A stretch of 64,000 nucleotides of DNA from Ignavibacteriota bacterium (GTDB taxonomy: Bacteria > Bacteroidota > Ignavibacteria > Kapaibacteriales > UBA2268): contig JAGXGG010000042.1 in assembly GCA_024636855.1 (NCBI GenBank), positions 536 through 64,535 on the forward strand. The letters are read 5' to 3'. The position numbers and the translations under genes were made by a program. The notes beneath the pieces are model-generated. The model made no database searches, was not told the origin of the DNA, and was given only the letters and a program-made list of their open reading frames with translations. Position 1 is the first letter of the stretch; the number at the start of each line of letters is the position of its first letter. Positions 38,638-48,024 of this stretch are shown here, in pieces.

Positions 38638-39993
38638 ATGATTAGAGCCATTGTCATATTAATTGCATTAACTTCAGTATTTACTACCAGTAATATACTT
38701 GTTGCCCAATCTGATAATATAAGTGAACAACCCACGGCTGCAGATAGCTCTGCCAAGAGAAAAGACCTGATGCGTTCAGCATCCGTTACCTACGAAAAGA
38801 AAGATATAAAGCTTACTATACAAAACGTAGATATTTCTAATTACCCTATAATAAAAGTAATAGTAGAAGCATATAATATTTACGGTCAACCGCTAGATAC
38901 CTTATATTCTGAAGGATTATCAGTATTAGAAAATGGCGTAGAACACGAAGTAATATCAGTAGATAAGCTTTCGATTAATGAAAGAGTACCTGTTGATTTT
39001 ATATTTGTAATAGACCAAACAGGTTCTATGCAGACCTATATTGATGCTGTTAGACAGAAAGTACGTGATTTGACTGATTTCTTGAAGACTCGTGGTATTG
39101 ACTATACTCTGGGATTGATTTTATTTTCTGATGAAGTAGATAAAGTTTACCAACCTACACCTGATGTAAATGATTTTCTAGGTTGGATAGGTAGAGTAAA
39201 GGCAAGAGGTGGTGGAGATGTTAAAGAAAATGCACTCGAAGCACTAAAAGCAGCTTCAAAACAAATCGAATATAGACCCTCAGCAAATAAAGTAGCAGTC
39301 TTAGTTACTGATGCACCATATCATCAAGTAGGTGAGTCAGGAGTGGGCAGCACTGAGCAAACTACTGAATCTATAACTAAAATGCTTTTCGATGATCAAA
39401 TTAGGGTGTTTAGTATTGTACCTCCAAGATTATCGGCTTACAACTATATCTCCTCAAATACGAGAGGGAATTTCTACGATATAGATTATCCGTTTTCTAC
39501 TATTCTAGATAATTTTTCTAATCAGTTGACTAATCTGTATGCTCTAAAATATAGAACTGAGAAGCCAGCTATCCCAGATAGTATAGACATTGCTATAATC
39601 AATGAAAGAAAAGAAGAGCTAACTAAAAAGACTATTCCTATAGTAGAGTTAGGTCGTAGATTAATCATAGAGAATATGTTATATCAAACTGGTAGTTCTA
39701 ATTTGCCAGACACTGTTCCCGAGCTAGAAGTGCTTTCTATGTTTATGAATAATAGAAAGAACGTAGTAGTTATGATAGAAGGACATACTGATGCTATAGG
39801 CAGCGAAGAGACTAATAATCGTCTCTCAAAATTCAGAGCAGAAAATGTAAAGTCATACCTAATCAAAAAAGGCATATCTGCTAAGAGAATAAAAACACAA
39901 GGCTATGGAGAAAGTCGCCCTATAGCTTCTAATAATACAGATTTCGGTCGTAAACTTAATAGGCGCACTGAGATAATAATAATTGCTAAGTAG
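38638..39993 (+). CDS. P4: secreted von Willebrand factor A domain protein with C-terminal OmpA/MotB-type peptidoglycan-binding domain
   Basis: Signal peptide. vWA MIDAS-like segment VDFIFVIDQTGSM...LVTDAPYH. OmpA_C segment IEGHTDAIGSEETNNRLSKFRAENVKSYLIKKGISAKRIKTQGYGESRPIASN...NRRTEIIII. Confidence 0.85.
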   Translation: MIRAIVILIALTSVFTTSNILVAQSDNISEQPTAADSSAKRKDLMRSASVTYEKKDIKLTIQNVDISNYPIIKVIVEAYNIYGQPLDTLYSEGLSVLENGVEHEVISVDKLSINERVPVDFIFVIDQTGSMQTYIDAVRQKVRDLTDFLKTRGIDYTLGLILFSDEVDKVYQPTPDVNDFLGWIGRVKARGGGDVKENALEALKAASKQIEYRPSANKVAVLVTDAPYHQVGESGVGSTEQTTESITKMLFDDQIRVFSIVPPRLSAYNYISSNTRGNFYDIDYPFSTILDNFSNQLTNLYALKYRTEKPAIPDSIDIAIINERKEELTKKTIPIVELGRRLIIENMLYQTGSSNLPDTVPELEVLSMFMNNRKNVVVMIEGHTDAIGSEETNNRLSKFRAENVKSYLIKKGISAKRIKTQGYGESRPIASNNTDFGRKLNRRTEIIIIAK

Positions 39994-40055
39994 TTGGTGG
40001 AAATTTAAGGGTAAAATTTGAACAGTCGTATATAAATTAATAAACAAAAACACAA

Positions 40056-40544
40056 ATGAAATCATATTTTATATTACTTATTAGTATTCTTTTTGTTTTC
40101 TCTTGTAGTGATGATAGTACTGTTAAATATGTAGAGGTTCCAGTTGATACTCTAAAAACTATTAAATTCAAGCATAATCTTCAAGAAAGTAATTTTATGA
40201 CAGACGTTGATACTTTGAAAATAGAAATACTTGATAAAAATTTAAAAGAATACAAGATGCCATTTTCTAATTTACTTTTAGTAAAAGGACGTTTATCACC
40301 CAATATTACGGGGAGACCTAATTTCGCTTTTGAACAAATAAATTCTGATTTGAGATTTGAAATTAATCCTAATAATAAGTATGAAATATGGATTACTAAC
40401 TTACAACCTACAATCGATTCAACGAGAAGTCATGGGGATGTAAGTCGTTATGATTACTACACAATCGATATTCTGTTTTCGTTAATAGATGAATATTATA
40501 AAGATAGTTTTTTCACATTTTTCGTTCAATCTACAACAGAGTAA
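40056..40544 (+). CDS. P5: small lipoprotein, unknown function
   Basis: 162 aa with a signal peptide and lipobox ILFVFSCSDD. It lies on the same strand, 62 nt after P4. No motif was recognised. Confidence 0.55.
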   Translation: MKSYFILLISILFVFSCSDDSTVKYVEVPVDTLKTIKFKHNLQESNFMTDVDTLKIEILDKNLKEYKMPFSNLLLVKGRLSPNITGRPNFAFEQINSDLRFEINPNNKYEIWITNLQPTIDSTRSHGDVSRYDYYTIDILFSLIDEYYKDSFFTFFVQSTTE

Positions 40545-40547
40545 GAA

Positions 40548-41078
40548 CTAGCTGATGTTTTTCAACTCAGTCATGGTAAATAATGAGTAAAGCTTAATAC
40601 CAACTTCTTTCAACTTTTCCTCACCACCTGCTTCACGATTAATTACGCAAATAGCTTCTTCTACAATTGCACCTCGCTCACGCAATTCATCAGCACTGAT
40701 TATAATCTGACCACCACTAGTAACAACATCTTCTATTATCAAAAGCCTTTTACCAGCTATATCTGGGCCTTCAGCTAGTTTACAAGTACCATATTCCTTA
40801 GCTTCTTTGCGAACTAATACCATATCATATCCTGCTGCTAATGAGATAGCAGTAGCTATAGGAATACCACCCATTTCTAAAGGAGCAAGCATATCGAATT
40901 CTAATCCTGGGACTATTGTTTCGTTAATTTGATTACTAATCTCACGAAGTAAATGAGGTCTTGATTCGAATTGGTATTTGTCAAAATATTCGTGACTAGT
41001 AACACCAGAACGAAGTTTAAATTCGCCAGTTATGTGAGCCACATTGTAAATTTCTTTGCAAAGTTCTTGTTTTGTCAT
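40548..41078 (-). CDS. pyrE: Orotate phosphoribosyltransferase
   Basis: MTKQELCKEIYNVAHITGEFKLRSGVTSHEYFDKY plus the PRPP-binding loop LLIIEDVVTSGG. The start ATG at 41076-41078 overlaps the upstream stop (ATGA). The ORF-track N-extension to 41132 is unlikely to be real. Confidence 0.9.
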   Translation of the reverse strand: MTKQELCKEIYNVAHITGEFKLRSGVTSHEYFDKYQFESRPHLLREISNQINETIVPGLEFDMLAPLEMGGIPIATAISLAAGYDMVLVRKEAKEYGTCKLAEGPDIAGKRLLIIEDVVTSGGQIIISADELRERGAIVEEAICVINREAGGEEKLKEVGIKLYSLFTMTELKNIS

Positions 41079-42415
41079 TCTAATTCTAATATTGAGTATA
41101 AATAAATAGTAACTGCAATAGCTGCTACACATTGCTTGAATTCATCTTTATCTACTTTATCAAAAGTATCGGCAGGGGAGTGGTGATACCAGAAATATCT
41201 ACCTTTATCATCTGGAGATAAACTCATCCCAGGGACACCTGTATCCATAAGTGGACTTATGTCAACTCCACCACCACCTTCATCAACAGTGATTTGAGGG
41301 TTGACTTTTTGAAGTAGTGGTTCGAATTTCTTTACTTGTTCCATTATCTCTGGGCTACCTTTGAATCTAATGACAAGAGGTGCGAATGTACCTGCATCAG
41401 ATTCGAATGCCATAGCGTGTTTCTCATTTGCAAAGCCCTTAGCGTACTCTTTACCACCCATGGCACCATTCTCTTCGTTTGTCCAAAGAACAGAGCGTAT
41501 AGTGCGTTTATTGTTTAATCCTAGTTCATCTATCAAACGAACGGCTTCCCAAGTTGTCATACAACCTCCACCGTCATCTTGAGCACCTTGACCGGCATCC
41601 CAAGCATCTATGTGTCCACCAACTGAGATTATCTCGTCAGCTAAAGTACTACCTTTTGTTTCACCCATCACATTATGCGAGAGTGCATCTGGATAATGCT
41701 TTGCGTGCATAGTTAGGTTTATAGTGGCTCTTTGTCCTTTATCTTGGTATCTTTGTAGTAGCTCAGCCCCTTCTAGAGTAATAGCAGCATGTGGTATTTT
41801 AGTAGTACTGTCATTGTAAGCCATCATCCCTGTATGCGGATTGTCAAAACCAATCGGACTAACAGAACGGATAAGACTAGCTACAGCTCCGTATTGAGCT
41901 GCCCATTGTGCTCCGTAGAATCTATATTGGACAGTTTGTCCATAAGTAGTGAAAGGTGCGTTGAAAAGAACAATCTTTCCTTTTACTTCGTCTTTTCTTC
42001 TATCTAATTCATCTCTATCTCTTACGACTAATACTTCTGCCGTTATACCTTCTTGAGGAGTAGCTACACTACCGCCTAACCCAAGCAAATCTATATCATA
42101 TTCCATAGGGAAAATGACTTTCAAAGACTCGTAGTGTCTCTTCCAATTCGGAACCATTACGGGTTGTTTTTGTACATTAGTTAACCCATCTTTGTGCATC
42201 TCTTCGTATATCCAATCGATAGTCCTTTCGAGCTGAGGAGTTCCACTAAGGCGATTAGCGAAATTATTACATAGATATTCTAATCTCTCCCAACCGATAT
42301 TGCTTTTCATAGCAGCTTCTATGATCTTATCTACATCATCTTCATAATCATCGGGATTGAAGTCTTTTGAGAATAATAGTATTGGGAATAATAGTAGGAA
42401 AAGTATCTTTTTCAT
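41075..42415 (-). CDS. M28-family metallopeptidase with PA domain
   Basis: Signal peptide. Metal-ligand motifs VGGHIDAWDAGQGAQDDGGG and WTNEENGAMGG, with a PA-like insert. Confidence 0.8.
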   Translation of the reverse strand: MKKILFLLLFPILLFSKDFNPDDYEDDVDKIIEAAMKSNIGWERLEYLCNNFANRLSGTPQLERTIDWIYEEMHKDGLTNVQKQPVMVPNWKRHYESLKVIFPMEYDIDLLGLGGSVATPQEGITAEVLVVRDRDELDRRKDEVKGKIVLFNAPFTTYGQTVQYRFYGAQWAAQYGAVASLIRSVSPIGFDNPHTGMMAYNDSTTKIPHAAITLEGAELLQRYQDKGQRATINLTMHAKHYPDALSHNVMGETKGSTLADEIISVGGHIDAWDAGQGAQDDGGGCMTTWEAVRLIDELGLNNKRTIRSVLWTNEENGAMGGKEYAKGFANEKHAMAFESDAGTFAPLVIRFKGSPEIMEQVKKFEPLLQKVNPQITVDEGGGGVDISPLMDTGVPGMSLSPDDKGRYFWYHHSPADTFDKVDKDEFKQCVAAIAVTIYLYSILELE

Positions 42416-42593
42416 TCTGCTCTATGACTATTTTATGTATTTACAAATATAGGAAAAAATTGTGAGTTGGGGAATAGTTTAATATTTGTTTAGCTTAATC
42501 TATGCACGTTTTTGTTGTTCATGCGACTATGTATTATATTAGAAATATATAATCAACATGCAGTTAAGATTAAACTGCTTATGAGCAGCTCCT

Positions 42594-43991
42594 ATGAAAA
42601 AACTACTATTAATTCTGGCGATAATCCTACTAACTAACACAGCACTGCAAAGTGCAGAAGTCATTCCTGTTTGGATGAACATTTGGAAACAAGGTGGTTG
42701 GGTTAATGATTTTGAATTACTAAGAGGGGAAGATCAATTTATTATGATTGCTGGCTTAGAAGGATCAGGTGCAGTAGAAATAAGGGAAACACTTACGGGT
42801 GAATTGGTAAAATCGTTTCCATTACCAACCGCTTCTTATTTCAACCAAATTGAAATAACTCCAGACAGCAATAAAATTGTAATTACAACAGGTGGAGATA
42901 AAGTAAATAACCCCACTTTAGAGTTAAGGAACATTGGGAACTTTGAGTTAATAAAAAAACTCGATATAAAGATGGATGCTGATTCTGTTGATCCTAAAAA
43001 TCAACCATATTATTATCAGTTTAGAGATATAATTATAGACCCAATTAAACAATATATATATGCTTTTATAACAAAGACAAACTATTATATGGATGAAGAT
43101 GAAGACAGAACTTGGTTAAAAGTATATAATTATGAAACAATGGAAGAAGTAAGAGATTTAACACCGCAAGGTTATGAATATGAACAAATGAAATGTATGG
43201 ATGTTTCTGATGATGGTACGCAATTAGCAGTACTAAACGAAGGTAAATCTTATTTAAAAATATGGAAGGCCGAAACTTTTGAATTATTAATAGACAAACA
43301 ACTTTATGATAACAGTTATTTTGACCCAAAAGATTACTTGTGCAAAGCGGGTGATATTGAGTTTTCTCATATAGATAATGACCTTTTATATATATCAGGA
43401 GTTTTTCCGAATAAAGAGAAATCTAAAAATCCAAATTTTAGTGCTTCTGGTTTTTACAAATATAAACTATCAAAGTATAATTTTTATAAAGATTATTTAG
43501 GAACTAATCAAAATGATAAATTTATATTATTCGACAACGAAGTACGAGTGCTTTTAGGTATGACAGGTATTGTTGTTTTAAATCAATATACGAATAAATT
43601 AGAGATTCTAAGTAAATCGGATATAAAATATCCAACAGGAGTTGGAAATTTATATTCAAAAAAGTTTAACTTTTTCATAGGAAGAGCTTCTAACATATAT
43701 TCTGGATTTAAGTACGATTCTCAGACAATAATAGAAGCAGGTAGTGAAGAAGAAATGATTGTTTCTCCTAACCCAACTAATAGCTTTGTGAAAATAAACA
43801 TGAATTGCATTAGCGAGACAAGTAGTTATTCAATTACTAATCAATCAGGAATGCAATTAGAACAGAAGACTATATCTAATAACTTGAATTCTCTTGAAAT
43901 AGATTTCACCTCTTACCCAACTGGGATTTACTTTCTTACTATCCAATGTCAAGGGGAGATAAAGACATATAAAGTAGTGAGAGAAGGATAG
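42594..43991 (+). CDS. Secreted beta-propeller-like protein with T9SS C-terminal sorting domain
   Basis: Signal peptide. The C-terminus MIVSPNPTNSFVKINMN...GIYFLTIQCQGEIKTYKVVRE is T9SS-type. The body is repeat-like and beta-rich, with no catalytic motif recognised. Confidence 0.6.
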   Translation: MKKLLLILAIILLTNTALQSAEVIPVWMNIWKQGGWVNDFELLRGEDQFIMIAGLEGSGAVEIRETLTGELVKSFPLPTASYFNQIEITPDSNKIVITTGGDKVNNPTLELRNIGNFELIKKLDIKMDADSVDPKNQPYYYQFRDIIIDPIKQYIYAFITKTNYYMDEDEDRTWLKVYNYETMEEVRDLTPQGYEYEQMKCMDVSDDGTQLAVLNEGKSYLKIWKAETFELLIDKQLYDNSYFDPKDYLCKAGDIEFSHIDNDLLYISGVFPNKEKSKNPNFSASGFYKYKLSKYNFYKDYLGTNQNDKFILFDNEVRVLLGMTGIVVLNQYTNKLEILSKSDIKYPTGVGNLYSKKFNFFIGRASNIYSGFKYDSQTIIEAGSEEEMIVSPNPTNSFVKINMNCISETSSYSITNQSGMQLEQKTISNNLNSLEIDFTSYPTGIYFLTIQCQGEIKTYKVVREG

Positions 43992-44056
43992 AATAAATTA
44001 AAAAATTTTATTGCCGACTTTTTTCAATGTGTTTGAAGGCAAATAGAATGCATTGC

Positions 44057-44225
44057 CGTCGGTTTTAACCGACGAATAATTTGTATATCAGCGAGCCCCA
44101 AAGGACTTTAGTCCCATATTTATTCAACTCCTAACGGAGTTGTTTTGTGTATTATCGTCATTAGTAGCTACTAATATTGAACTGCTCCGCAGTTCTCCTG
44201 GATACTTCTAACGCCTGCGGCGTTA
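44057..44225. repeat. Array of five short GC-rich hairpins in an AT-rich convergent intergenic region
   Basis: The five hairpins are: CGTCGGTT-TT-AACCGACG (44057-44074), GGACT-TT-AGTCC (44103-44114), CAACTCC-TAAC-GGAGTTG (44125-44142), GAACTGC-TCC-GCAGTTC (44179-44195) and TAACGCC-TGC-GGCGTTA (44209-44225). Confidence 0.55.
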
Positions 44226-44281
44226 TCAGTATGACAATATTACAAAGGGTTTGAGAATTAGAAGCAAGGTACAATTTAGAC

Positions 44282-44316
44282 AAAAAAAAAGCCATTTTCA
44301 ATTAAGAAAATGGCTT
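44282..44316 (-). terminator. Intrinsic terminator of acnA
   Basis: The stem GCCATTTTC (44291-44299) pairs with GAAAATGGC (44306-44314) around a 6-nt loop. On the minus strand it is followed by a nine-U run (A-run at 44282-44290), 25 nt after the acnA stop. Confidence 0.8.
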
Positions 44317-44341
44317 ACTAATTTTAACTTTTAAGCATTAC

Positions 44342-47101
44342 TTACTTTTTCAAGAAGTCACGCAATACGTAGTGAAGAATACCACCATTTTTGTAGTACT
44401 CAATTTCTATTTCAGAATCCAAACGACAAAGAACATCAAAGCTGCCTTTCTCGCCATTCTTTCTTACGAAGTCAACTTTAAGAGTTTTAGCAGGAGTTAA
44501 TCCTTCGCTTATACCGTTGATAGTGTATTTCTCAGTACCATCTAATCCAAGAATGTCTGGGTCAGTACCTATGAATTCTAAAGGCATAACACCCATTCCA
44601 ACTAGATTACTTCTATGGATACGCTCAAAACTCTCTACTATAACAGCTTTCACCCCTAATAGGGTTGTACCTTTTGCCGCCCAATCGCGTGATGAACCAC
44701 TACCGTACTCTTTACCACCAATGATAACTAGAGGTATTTCGTTCTCAATATACTTCATAGCTGCGTCATATACTGACATTGGTTCATTAGTTGGTAAGTA
44801 AGTTGTGTAACCACCTTCTTTTTCAGAAAGAGCATTATTGATACGAACGTTTGCAAAAGTACCTCTCATCATCACTTCGTGATTACCACGACGAGAACCA
44901 TAAGAATTAAACATAGGTCTCTCAACACCATTTTCTTGTAAGTATTTACCAGCTGGTGAAGTTGCAGCGAATGAACCTGCAGGAGAAATATGGTCAGTAG
45001 TAACTGAATCGCCTAGTTTTAGTAGAACGTTTGCGTTTACTATATCCTGAGGATCAGGTACTGTTTTCGAGATGTCTTGGAAGAATGGAGCTTCTTTGAT
45101 ATATGTAGAATCGTCTCCCCAAGCGTAGTTCTCGCCAACAGGAGCATTCAGTTTTTGCCAATCTTCTTCACCATCGAAAATAACACTATAAGTGCTTTCG
45201 AAATCTGCTTTTGTCAATGATGCGGCTAATACATCATTTATTTCTTTCTGAGTTGGCCAAATATCTTTCAGATAAACAGCTTCACCGTTCGGGTCATAAC
45301 CGATTACATCTTCTAATATATTAACATCTACTCTACCCACTAGTGCATAAGCAACTACTAGCATAGGAGAAGCTAAGAAGTTCATTTTCACTTTAGGGTG
45401 AACTCTCGCTTCGAAGTTTCTATTACCTGAAATAACAGAAGTCAGTACAAGGTTTGCTTTGTCTATTGCACTGTCTATGTGCGGAGGCAAAGGACCACTA
45501 TTACCGATACAAGAAGTACAACCGTAACCCACAAGGTGGAATTTCAACGCTTCCAAATCTTCTAATAATCCTGAACGTTGAAGATATTCAGTTACAACTT
45601 TAGAACCCGGAGCCAAACTTGTTTTTACCCATGGTTTAGCTTGTAGGCCACGTTCGATTGCTTTCTTAGCAACCAAACCTGCACCTATCATAACGTTAGG
45701 GTTAGAAGTGTTAGTACAACTAGTAATTGCTGCAATAGCTATAGCACCATCACTGATTACATATTCTTCGTTCTTTAGTTTTATTCTTACTGATTTGATA
45801 GTTTCATTTTCAACAGCTACATCACCTTCATGCACTTGATTTTCACCATAAGTGAACTCTGTACCAGAACCGCCTTCAGCTAACCAAGCATTTTCTTTTC
45901 TTTCATTCAAAGGCACATATTTACGTTTATAGCCATTGTCCAATAAATCAGGGAACTTATTACCTAATTCTTCAACCAAAATCTTATCTTGAGGACGTTT
46001 TGGTCCAGCAACGTTTGGCTTCAATTTATTCAAATCTAATTCTAATACGTGGGTATAACCTATTTTATCTTCGTCTTCTCTCCAAAGCATATTCGATTTG
46101 CAATAGTCTTCAACTAATTTGATTTGCTTATCAGAACGATTTGTTCTTCTCATATAATCAATAGTCTGATCGTCAATCGGGAAATAAGTTGCAGTACAAC
46201 CAAACTCAGGTGACATATTAGATATAGTGGCTCTGTCTGTAACGCTCAGATTACCAACACCTTCACCAAATACTTCTACGAATTTGTTTACTACACCATA
46301 GTTACGAAGCAATTGAGTGATTTCCAATACCATATCAGTTGCTGTTATGCCCTCTTGCAGGCTACCAGTTAATTTCAAACCAATAACTTGTGGACATGTA
46401 AAGAACATTGGTTGTCCTAATATAGCCGCTTCTGCCTCTATACCACCGACACCCCATCCTAATACTCCAATACCGTTGACCATAGGAGTGTGTGAGTCTG
46501 TACCAACTAGTGTGTCTGGGAAAGCCCATCCATCACGTTCTACTATACCCGTTGCCAAATACTCTAGATTTACTTGGTGACAAATACCCATACCCGGAGG
46601 TACTACTGTGAAGTTTTTGAATGTATTTTGAGCCCATTTTAGAAATTGGTATCTCTCCAAGTTTCTCTCATATTCCATATCCACATTACGTTTCAATGAA
46701 TAATCAGTACCAAAGAAATCTACTTGAACAGAGTGGTCAATAACCAAATCAACCGGTATTAGTGGGTTGATTTTAGAACCATCTTTGCCCTTTCTGATTA
46801 CTTCCGAACGTATAGAAGCTATATCAACTACAGCTGGTACACCAGTGAAATCTTGCATCAATACTCTAGCTGGCTTGAATGGTATTTCTTTATCAGTACC
46901 ATTTGGATTCCAGTTAAGTAATGTTTCTACGTGTTCTTGCGTAATAGCAAAATCATCTTTATTTCTAAGTACGTTCTCTAAGAGTATTCTTATAGAGAAG
47001 GGTAGTTTTTCAATTTTATCTTTTCCTAGCTCGGTTAGGGAAGCGATTTTCAAATCCATTTTATCCAATCCTATGTTTAGTTTTTCAATTTTGTATATCA
47101 T
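44342..47101 (-). CDS. acnA: Aconitate hydratase A
   Basis: ~900-aa protein with LPFSIRILLENVLRN, the DSHTPM motif, cluster-ligand regions CTNTSNP and GCTSCIGNSG, and the swivel-domain motif GSSRDWAAKG. The start may be the internal MDLKIASL (47059), which has an AGGA upstream. Confidence 0.95.
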   Translation of the reverse strand: MIYKIEKLNIGLDKMDLKIASLTELGKDKIEKLPFSIRILLENVLRNKDDFAITQEHVETLLNWNPNGTDKEIPFKPARVLMQDFTGVPAVVDIASIRSEVIRKGKDGSKINPLIPVDLVIDHSVQVDFFGTDYSLKRNVDMEYERNLERYQFLKWAQNTFKNFTVVPPGMGICHQVNLEYLATGIVERDGWAFPDTLVGTDSHTPMVNGIGVLGWGVGGIEAEAAILGQPMFFTCPQVIGLKLTGSLQEGITATDMVLEITQLLRNYGVVNKFVEVFGEGVGNLSVTDRATISNMSPEFGCTATYFPIDDQTIDYMRRTNRSDKQIKLVEDYCKSNMLWREDEDKIGYTHVLELDLNKLKPNVAGPKRPQDKILVEELGNKFPDLLDNGYKRKYVPLNERKENAWLAEGGSGTEFTYGENQVHEGDVAVENETIKSVRIKLKNEEYVISDGAIAIAAITSCTNTSNPNVMIGAGLVAKKAIERGLQAKPWVKTSLAPGSKVVTEYLQRSGLLEDLEALKFHLVGYGCTSCIGNSGPLPPHIDSAIDKANLVLTSVISGNRNFEARVHPKVKMNFLASPMLVVAYALVGRVDVNILEDVIGYDPNGEAVYLKDIWPTQKEINDVLAASLTKADFESTYSVIFDGEEDWQKLNAPVGENYAWGDDSTYIKEAPFFQDISKTVPDPQDIVNANVLLKLGDSVTTDHISPAGSFAATSPAGKYLQENGVERPMFNSYGSRRGNHEVMMRGTFANVRINNALSEKEGGYTTYLPTNEPMSVYDAAMKYIENEIPLVIIGGKEYGSGSSRDWAAKGTTLLGVKAVIVESFERIHRSNLVGMGVMPLEFIGTDPDILGLDGTEKYTINGISEGLTPAKTLKVDFVRKNGEKGSFDVLCRLDSEIEIEYYKNGGILHYVLRDFLKK

Positions 47102-47238
47102 TCAACTCTAAAATTACAAAATAATGGTATTATTGCCGAAAAATACAAAGATAATGTTTGATAGCATGTATTTATCGGGAATATTAGCGAATTATACTAC
47201 TTAAATACCTCAAAACTAAACTCTATATCACTCAATTA

Positions 47239-48024
47239 TTGAATATATTTCATTATATTGACTATTATAGAATCAATAAAATAGCAGAAACGCCAATGGA
47301 AAGATATATAGTATTTGATATAGAAACAGCCTCGATTGATTTCGATTCATTTTCTGAATCGCAACAAGAGTATCTGATAAGGGGAGCAGTCTCAGACGAA
47401 GAAATAGAACAAAAGAAATTCATGATGGGACTATACCCTTTTACAGCTCAGGTTGTTTGTATTGGATTGCAGCTAATGGAAGGCGTTAACGGAGAATATG
47501 AGATAAAAAATGAAGCAGCTTTTTCAACTTTACCTGATTATGATGGAGAGGAAGGGGCAGAGCTGACATTACCTAGTGGTAAACAATGTTTACTTTACTC
47601 GGAACGAGGGCTACTAGAAGCATTTTGGAAGATTGTAACAAAGTATAATGGTGCAACTCTTATATCATTTAATGGTCGGAGCTTTGACGTACCTTTTCTA
47701 ATGTTACGGAGTGCTTTGCTTAAGATTCGCCCTTCACGTAATTTGATGAATGGCACTAAGTGGAATTATCCTGGACATGTCGATTTGATAGATGAACTTA
47801 GCTTTTATAATCCGTCACCTTATTCTGCATCAAAAAGATTTAATTTTGATTTTTATACTCGTGCTTTCGGAATTACTTCCCCGAAAAGTGAAGGAGTAGA
47901 TGGCTCGATGGTAACCGAACTTTATAAGAAAGGCGATATAGCGATAATATCAGATTATTGCCTTCGAGATATAAACGCGACTTGGGAATTGTTTTTAGTT
48001 TGGCAGAAGTATCTGAAATTCTAA
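47239..48024 (+). CDS. RNase H-like 3'-5' exonuclease (PolB exonuclease-domain-like)
   Basis: Exo motifs VFDIETAS, SFNGRSFDVPFL and YCLRDINATWELF. The ORF-track start is TTG at 47239. The likely true start is ATG 47296 (MERYIVFD). Confidence 0.7.
   Translation: MNIFHYIDYYRINKIAETPMERYIVFDIETASIDFDSFSESQQEYLIRGAVSDEEIEQKKFMMGLYPFTAQVVCIGLQLMEGVNGEYEIKNEAAFSTLPDYDGEEGAELTLPSGKQCLLYSERGLLEAFWKIVTKYNGATLISFNGRSFDVPFLMLRSALLKIRPSRNLMNGTKWNYPGHVDLIDELSFYNPSPYSASKRFNFDFYTRAFGITSPKSEGVDGSMVTELYKKGDIAIISDYCLRDINATWELFLVWQKYLKF

Noticed and set aside
38514-38756. 80-aa minus-strand ORF spanning the P3/P4 junction. ORFs 39684-39875, 39859-40065 and 17298-17537 are similar cases.
   Set aside because: It runs across an intrinsic terminator and two well-supported plus-strand genes. 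Its composition is typical of antisense artefacts.
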